Below, piece after piece: positions 56,859 to 64,000 of a stretch of 64,000 nt of DNA (positions within the stretch are counted from its first letter, which is position 1; every line of letters begins with the position of its first letter). Below the pieces are notes generated by a model, which did no database searches, was not told the origin of the DNA, and was given only the letters and a program-made list of their open reading frames with translations. The translations under genes were made by a program, and so were the position numbers. Source of the DNA: Basidiobolus meristosporus CBS 931.73 (Eukaryota > Fungi > Basidiobolomycota); the NCBI GenBank assembly GCA_002104905.1, contig MCFE01000040.1:139614-203613 (forward strand), given 5' to 3'.

Positions 56859-57460
56859 TTAGCAGAGGGAAAGTCACCAAGGTAGGTGAAATCTTTATTT
56901 GATTTCAGACAAGTCTAACTACAAATAAAGAAGCCAGCTGGGAATAGAAAATTCCCAATGTAAACACTAAGTTGAATACAAATAAATCTAAGCTAAAGTT
57001 AAGGCAGTATCCCAGAGTACACTGGAGTTCAGGTTCATGGGGGAGTGAAGTAGATAAGCTTGAGAGATATAATAATCTTTGAGGAAGTGGGTAACAGCAG
57101 GTGAAGGGGAGTTTTTGATAAGTGAAGTGAATCTTAAGAGCAGAGGTTCCTCTAATGAGAAGGTCTTGTAAGCTGGAGAATCAGGAAACTCTTTAAAGGC
57201 ATTGTCAGTAGGTTCCCAGAAAAACTGGTCAGAGACATTTTGAGAGAATTGTTTAGCAATACTTTTATCCAGTACTACCTCTAGAGTGTGATAGTTGATA
57301 AATCACATATTGCCAATCTTGGAAAAATTGTAACATTGTTGCTCAAGATACATCCTATGCTCAGATATAGGAATAAACTCCACAATGGCGAAGTAGCAGA
57401 CAGCCCAGTCAGTAGCAGGAGGCAAATCAGAAGTGGCAGGAAACTTTCTTCTAGTTAGGG
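56859..57460 (-). mobile_element. Family C element carrying a non-RT ORF remnant (56988-57455), capped by TTAGGG
   Basis: Terminus gggaaagtcaccaaggtaggtgaaatctttatttg; about 155-codon minus frame with one internal TGA (57303-57305); TTAGGG at 57455-57460. Confidence 0.65.
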
Positions 57461-58089
57461 TGTAGGTGTTATAGTAAGGGCTAGAAAAAGGTTAGAAGAG
57501 CAGGGGGTCTGGGGGACGTAGTCCCCTAGAGAATAAAAAAGCAGGGGGTTTGGGGGATGCAATCCCCCATACTGCTCCCATACTCTTTAAATTCCCGTTG
57601 GATTACTTTTCTCTCATTCTTGGTTCTGGTCCCTTAGGGTTAGAATTCCTCCTCCTAACCCTTATCACCCTAACCATAACTATTTTTACCCTACAATTGG
57701 CACATTGTCTGCTCATATGGTGGGCATGTCTGGGCCAATATTTGTCTCCCTATACTGTCCATATGCTCTGTATAAGTCTTGATGACTATTTAATTAATGA
57801 ATCGTTATTTTTAATGTATATCTAATAATTAATGGGATTCATCCCAATCTGACCACAATCCCATATTTTGATAAGCTTTGGGCACCATAAATTGTGTGGC
57901 CCTAATATGATAAAAAAATTCATGGCCAATACAAATTTTCTGTAACCCAATTGCTTTTATCAAATATAAAGTGTATCCCAAAGTTCAATATATATTATGG
58001 CTATAATAGAAACTTTATTTGACACCATTGCAACTACTACTTATGTTCTATGCGCACATGTATCCTGCGGGAATTGTAAAACTTAGCCA

Positions 58090-58950
58090 CGTAGTACAAA
58101 AGTGCTTTTATTTTTCATCATGATAGTTTTACATGAGTTCCTAACGCACTTTGAAAGTACGCAGTAGCCATACCCCAACAGGTTTTAAGGATGTCCACTA
58201 GCTACATCTACTTGTGTCTAGTGGGAGCCATCAATCATCAGCCGTGCAATACTGAAATGCTTTTATTTTTCATCATGCTAGTTTTGTATGAATCCTTAAC
58301 GCACTTTCATAGTGCGCGGTAACCATACCCCAACAGGTTTTAAGGATACCCACTTGCTACATTTACTTGTGTCTAGCGGGAGTCATCAATCATCAGCCGC
58401 GCGGTAATAAAGTGCTTTTATTTTTCATCATGATAGTTTTACATGAGTCCCTAACGCACTTTTATAGTGCGCGGTATATATACCCCAACAGGTTTTAAGG
58501 ATGTCCACTAGCTACATCTACTTGTGTCTAGTGGGAGCCATCAATCATCAGCCGCGCAATACTGAAATGCTTTTATTTTTCATCATGCTAGTTTTGTATG
58601 AATCCCTAACACACTTTCATAGTGCGCAGTAACCATACCCCAACAGGTTTTAAGGATGTCCACTAGCTACATTTACTTGTGTCTAGCGGGAGTCATCAAT
58701 CATCAGCCGCGCGGTAATAAAGTGCTTTTATTTTTCATCATGATAGTTTTACATGAGTCCCTAACGCACTTTTATAGTGCGCGGTAACCATACCCCAACA
58801 GGTTTTAAGGATACCCACTTGCTACGTTTACTTGTGTCTAGCGGGAGTTATCAATCATCAGCCGCGCGGTAATAAAGTGCTTTTTTTTTTCATCATGATA
58901 GTTTTACATGAGTCCCTAACGCACTTTTATAGTGCGCGGTAACCATACCC
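58090..58950. repeat. 155-bp tandem satellite, about 5.5 copies
   Basis: The tgcttttatttttcatcatg anchor (slightly varied in unit 6) recurs at 58103, 58258, 58413, 58568, 58723 and 58878. Confidence 0.97.
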
Positions 58951-59355
58951 CTAGAAAGTAGTGTGGATGCTTACTTTAAACGCTCACTTGTGTATTGTAC
59001 AGACTATCAACAAACAGCCGCGTGGGAATGGAACATCATAGAAAAGCATTGCTTTGTTGTTAGCAAGTATTGATGCGCAAATAGTGGTACTATGTGAATT
59101 TTTGAGTAACTATTTACTCTAGTTGGTTCCAAGATATTCCTAGACAATATGTTCAAAATCAATATTAGCATCAATAGCTTGCTCTTTGATCACTAAACCA
59201 CCGCACCCAATATTTGGTGGCCTTGGTTTTGTCTAGCCGTCAAGGAATGAAACCAGAGTACAGTCACAAGAGAGGCAAAAGTGAAATGTGATGAAGTAAG
59301 TGTATATGAAAGTAATATAAATCTACAGGACAGAAGAGAACAACTAGTAGTTAAA

Positions 59356-61550
59356 GGGTTAGGGGGGGAGACAGTCACCAACAGGTGAAATCTTTATTTC
59401 AGTTGAAACAAAGAAGCCAGCGCTACTGTTGTAGCTTTGATACAAGAGTGTGTAGCTGAGGGGAATTAGTAGGTAAGTTAATAAGAAGTGATGATAGTTC
59501 TTCAGTGCTCAAGACACTGTTCAGTGGGAAGGGGGGTAGCAAGAGAGGTAAGAATGACTTGTGAACAATATTGATGAGGGGAATGTGATAAGGATTGATA
59601 TTCATCATAAAGGGAGTGTGCTGCTGCAGATATTGCTGCCAAAGGTCTGTCAAGTACTTCAGGTAGGCCAGCTTGGGTTTTTCTGACTGCAGAATAAATT
59701 CAGCAAACTTCTTGACTTCAGGATCTCCAAGAATAGTTCTCCAGCAGGAGCCAGGTGTTGTGTGGTGTGTTCTCTTCCAGGCCTTAATCAGTGGGTTGTT
59801 GCAGTTGTGAAGTCTGAGGTATAATCTGGTTCTAAGGTAGAGAAGTCTGATCTAATAGGGCATAAACCCAAAAGCACCAAGAATAGCATGTCTGTAGGGG
59901 CATTCAGGCAAATGAGGCACCAAGGAGGTAATGCACCATACTGCAAACTTGTCAAGCTTAGTGCAGTCTCTAGAAGTAAGAGAGAGAAGTGGTAAGCCAA
60001 ATTCCAGGACAGGGAAGACAAACTGCTTGAGTAGAAGGAGGCAGCTGGGAGCTGAAGTTGTAGGAGGAGTAACAGCCAGTAGCTTGTGGAGTGCCTGTCT
60101 TGCTAGGATAATTCTCTTCTTGAGGTGTGCTCCAGAATCTAATCCAGTAGGAAGGAAAGGAAAGCCAAGATATGTAGCAGAAACCTGAGCAGGTAGAGTG
60201 GAGTTCTCCAAGTTGATGGGAGAGCTCAAAGGTACTGTCTTTGCAATGGAAAGCTGGAGATTATTCTTCTGCAGATACTGGTGGATGGTCTGGGAGTCTT
60301 GTTGCACATTGGAGGAGGATATTCTGATGTCATCAGCAAAGAGAGTAACCAGGCAGTCAGCTGAGAGTCTTGGGAAATCATTCAGGAAGATGGCAAACAG
60401 TATAGGACCAAGCACAGAGCCTTGAACCACTCCATTAGGAACTGAGAACACTGGTGATTGCTCACTTGGGTGCAGAATTTTTGCTTGTGGATCCAGAAAC
60501 AGAGACCTGACAAGGAGGGTGAGAGAGGTACTGGAGAAGCATTGCAACTTGGACCAAAGCAGATTTCTGTCAACTGAATCAAAGGCCTTAGTAATATCAA
60601 ACAGAACAGAGGGATACTTGCACTGGAGAGAGTGATCTTGGCTAAGTATGACTGCATATTCCAAGGAGAGGCCAGGAACAAAGCCAAACTGTGCAGGATG
60701 AAACTTGAGGGAGTCAGAGTAGAGCTCCTGAGCAAGCAGAAGCTCAAGCACCTTTCTGCAGGTGGGCAGCAGAGATATTGGCCTGTAGGAGCTAGGATCC
60801 AGGTGCTTTCCTTTACCCTTGTACAGTGGCAGAACATTTGCAAAGGACCATTCCTCAGGAGTAGAAAGCTGGGCTGAGCATTGCTGAAACAGTGGAAGCA
60901 GAAGTGCAGATATGGCCTTGGTACTAGTCTTCAGAAGCTCATAAGAGATTGTGTCCACACCTGGAGCAGTAGAGTTGGGAAGCCTCTTGAGCACATTATG
61001 GATTCTCCTTTGATCAAGTGCAAGTGGGATGGGCAGAGTCTTGAAGTCAGGATGAAAGCCAGGAGTTGAGTACTGCTTTGTAGAGAAGAAGATGTTAGCC
61101 AGCTGCTCTGTTGAAGGTAACTTCCTGGAAGAGGGCCTCATTGCCCTGTAGAGTCTTGATACTGTTCTTGTTATAGAGTTGGAAGATTGCAGAGGCAAGG
61201 AACTCATAATATGATCCCAGAGCTGAGTATGCAGAGTGTGGTGAATTGCCTTGGAGTGGTGTATTGCTGTCAGGAGGAGTTTCTCTGTTTTTGGGTTAGG
61301 GAAACTCAGGTAGCTTTGTTGCAGGGCTGAAACAATGGATTCCCATTTTCTTGTGGTAACAGCAGTAGTCTTGCATGGCAGTGAGAGGGAGGCAGACACC
61401 AGAATCAGATGCTTCACAAAGAGCCAGGCATAGTTGAGATCATCTGGCAGAGAAAGTAGCAAACTGGCAAGCTTCAAGTAGTTTCCAAAGTCTTTCTTCT
61501 GATTCTTGGTAGCTTTGTGGGTGAGCACAGTAAGTTTTGGCAGCTTCTTC
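59356..61550 (-). mobile_element. 5'-truncated non-LTR retrotransposon, family A; RT ORF with one nonsense codon at 59852-59854
   Basis: LINE RT motifs APGVDTISYELLK, YRPISLL, QFGF, DITKAFDSV, GVVQGSVLGPILF and FADD. The 3' end follows GGGTTAGGG+G-run. TAG stands where the distal copy has AAG. Confidence 0.95.
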
Positions 61551-63226
61551 TTAGGGGGGGAGACAGTCACCAACAGGTGAAGTCTTTATTTCAGTTGAAA
61601 CAAAGAAGCCAGCGCTACTGTTGTAGCTTTGATACAAGAGTGTGGAGCTGAGGGGAATTTGTAGGTAAGTTAATAAGAAGTGATGATAGTTCTTCAGTGC
61701 TCAAGACACTGTTCAGTGGGAAGGGGGGTAGCAAGAGAGGTAAGAATGACTTGTGAACAATATTGATGAGGGGAATGTGATAAGGATTGATATTCATCAT
61801 AAAGGGAGTGTGCTGCTGCAGATATTGCTGCCAAAGGTCTGTCAAGTACTTCAGGTAGGCCAGCTTGGGTTTTTCTGACTGCAGAATATATTGAGCAAAC
61901 TTCTTGACTTCAGGATCTCCAAGTATAGTTCTCCAGCAGGAGCCAGGTGTTGTGTGGTGTGTTCTCTTCCAGGCCTTAATCAGTGGATTGTTGCAGTTGT
62001 GAAGTCTGAGGTATAATCTGGTTCTTAGGTAGAGAAGTCTGATCTTATAGGGCATAAACCCAAAAGCACCAAGAATAGCATGTCTGTAGGGGCATTCAGG
62101 CAAATGAGGCACCAAGGAGGTAATGCACCATACTGCAAACTTGTCAAGCTTAGTGCAGTCTCTAGAAGTAAGAGAGAGAAGTGGTAAGCCAAATTCCAGG
62201 ACAGGGAAGACAAACTGCTTGAGTAGAAGAAGGCAGCTGGGAGCTGAAGTTGTAGGAGGAGTAACAGCCAGTAGCTTGTGGAGTGCCTGTCTTGCCAGGA
62301 TAATTCTCTTTTTCAGGTGTGCTCCAGAGTCTAGTCCAGTAGGAAGGAAAGGAAAGCCAAGATATGTAGCAGAAACCTGAGCAGGTAGAGTGGAGTTCTC
62401 CAAGTTGATGGGAGTACCCAAAGGTACTGTCTTTGCAATGGAAAGCTGGAGATTATTCTTCTGCAGATACTGGTGGATGGTCTGGGAGTCTTGTTGCACA
62501 TTGGAGGAGGATATTCTGATGTCATCAGCAAAGAGAGTAACCAGGCAGTCAGCTGAGAGTCTTGGGAAATCATTCAGGAAGATGGCAAACAGTATAGGAC
62601 CAAGCACAGAGCCTTGAACCACTCCATTAGGAACTGAGAACACTGGTGATTGCTCACTTGGGTGCAGAATTCTTGCTTGTGGATCCAGAAACAGAGACCT
62701 GACAAGGAGGGTGAGAGAGGTACTGGAGAAGCATTGCAACTTGGACCAAAGCAGATTTCTGTCAACTGAATCAAAGGCCTTAGTAATATCAAACAGAACA
62801 GAAGGGTACTTGCACTGGAGAGAGTGATCTTGGCTAAGTATGACTGCATATTCCAAGGAGAGGCCAGGAACAAAGCCAAACTGTGCAGGATGAAACTTGA
62901 GGGAGTCAGTGTAGAGCTCCTGAGCAAGCAGAAGCTCAAACACCTTTCTGCAGGTGGGCAGCAGGGATATTGGCCTGTAGGAGCTAGGATCCAGGTGCTT
63001 TCCTTTACCCTTGTACAGTGGCAGAACATTTGCAAAGGACCATTCTTCAGGAGTAGAAAGCTGGGCTGAACATTGCTGAAACAGTGGAAGCAGAAGTGCA
63101 GACATGGCCTTGGTACTAGTCTTCAGAAGCTCATAAGAGATTGTGTCCACACCTGGAGCAGTAGAGTTGGGAAGCCTCTTGAGCACATTATGGATTCTCC
63201 TTTGATCAAGTGCAAGTGGGATGGGC
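61551..63226 (-). mobile_element. 5'-truncated family A copy; RT frame open to its C-terminus (61615-63186)
   Basis: Near-identical to 59359-61034; starts at TTAGGGGGGG (61551); truncated at ...gggatgggc. Confidence 0.95.
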
Positions 63227-63244
63227 TTAGGGTTAGGGTTAGGG
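63227..63244 (+). repeat. Interstitial (TTAGGG)3 at the truncation point
   Basis: ttagggttagggttaggg lies directly after the end of RT homology. Confidence 0.95.
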
Positions 63245-63252
63245 GAGGAGGC

Positions 63253-63778
63253 TTAGGGGGGAGGAAAGTCACCAAGTGGTGAAATCTTTATTTACTTATG
63301 ACAAGTATCTAAAGAAGCCAAGTTAATCTGAAGTAATTCCTAGAAAGCTAGGTCTGAGAGATATCTTCCTGGTAAGCCAGGTCTGAGAGTTGAGAAGCTG
63401 AGTGGTACTATATTTCCTAGTTAGCTAGGTCTGAGAGAGGTTTCCTGCAAAGCCAGGCCTGAGAAGTGAGAATCTGAATATATCTGAGCTAAGTTATACT
63501 GGTTTGCGGTAGCTGAATTGTGGCCGGAATGGCCAGTAGACTGGGGGAACTGAGATGAATTTCTGGGCGATCACTGGCCAAATTTACTAGGCAAATCTGA
63601 CCAATTAGCATTTCAAGGATTTCAGCCAATCAGAGCCTTTACTTTGCCCAATGGTTGATCAAGCCATCTCCCAATGAGCACACATCAATTTATTGATCAA
63701 ATTTTGCTGGATCCAGGATTTGAACCCACAACCATGGGTATGGAAGGGTTAGGGATAACCACAAGGCTAAGTGTTCTT
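63253..63778 (-). mobile_element. tRNA-derived SINE-like element with a family C 3' terminus
   Basis: Minus-strand A-box TAGCCTTGTGG (63769-63759) and B-box GGTTCAAATCC (63726-63716) at tRNA spacing; no ORF; 3' double hairpin and TTAGGG+G-run junction. Confidence 0.65.
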
Positions 63779-64000
63779 GGGTTAGGGTTAGGGTTAGGGT
63801 TAGGGTTAGGTTAGGGTTAGGGTTAGGGTTAGGGTTAGGGTTAGGGTTAGGGTTAGGGTTAGGGTTAGGGTTAGGGTTAGGGTTAGGGTTAGGGTTAGGG
63901 TTAGGGTTAGGGTTAGGTTAGGGTTAGGGTTAGGGTTAGGGTTAGGGTTAGGGTTAGGGTTAGGGTTAGGGTTAGGGTTAGGGTTAGGGTTAGGGTTAGG
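63779..64000 (+). repeat. Telomere (TTAGGG)n, about 37 units to the window end
   Basis: G-rich strand runs 5'->3' toward the end, so this is a right chromosome end. Confidence 0.99.

Noticed and set aside
58090-58950. CRISPR-like array
   Set aside because: Contiguous near-identical 155-bp units with no unique spacers, in a eukaryote.
59369-59470. Hammerhead ribozyme in the element termini
   Set aside because: No CUGANGA...GAAA core with three stems found on either strand by eye.
61551-61573. N-terminus MVTVSPPK of the 573-aa ORF (also MTVSPPPK at 55025 and MVTVSPPNP at 59381)
   Set aside because: These are translations of the shared 3' terminus from non-ATG starts. An in-frame TAA lies just upstream, so there is no fusion ORF.
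59931-63069. Antisense and alternative-frame ORFs over the RT copies and over RPL11, ClpX, NFS1 and OGT
   Set aside because: Shadow ORFs of real coding frames. Their duplication only reflects the duplicated element.
59356-63226. Penelope-like (Athena/Coprina) or telomerase RT identity
   Set aside because: The motifs (APGxD, YRPISLL, QFGF, DxxKAFDSV, GVxQGSxLGP) are those of LINE-type RTs. Only the arrangement resembles PLEs.
63705-63778. Functional tRNA-Gly gene
   Set aside because: The acceptor and anticodon stems do not pair; only the A/B boxes and their spacing remain.
63806-63917. Two TTAGG variant units in the telomere
   Set aside because: Single-G losses are compatible with homopolymer sequencing error.

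Overview
Eukaryotic, intron-rich fungal DNA (probably an early-diverging lineage; this is an inference) running out to a right-hand chromosome end. 1-54.2 kb is a housekeeping neighbourhood: GCLM, RGP1, MRPL24, a C2H2 protein, a HECT E3 ligase, a SWF1-like DHHC enzyme, a zf-PARP protein, RPL11, ClpX, RIB1, NFS1, a Rad60/Esc2-like protein, OGT, a DUF202 protein and an ArAE/FUSC membrane protein, plus a foldback repeat and a possible hAT relic. From about 55.0 kb to the (TTAGGG)n telomere at 63779-64000 lies a head-to-tail stack of mostly 5'-truncated retroelements, all on the minus strand with 5' ends toward the telomere. Most junctions begin with TTAGGG plus a G-run, and I saw no poly(A) tails. 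The stack holds two young LINE-type RT copies, decayed RT-family and other LINE fragments, a non-RT ORF element, and a tRNA-headed SINE-like element at the tip. Three unrelated element bodies share a structurally conserved 3' double hairpin followed by a telomere-complementary tail. This suggests a telomere-primed, trans-mobilised retroelement system. The array also contains a 155-bp satellite and is almost free of CpG. Coordinates and exon boundaries were read by eye.
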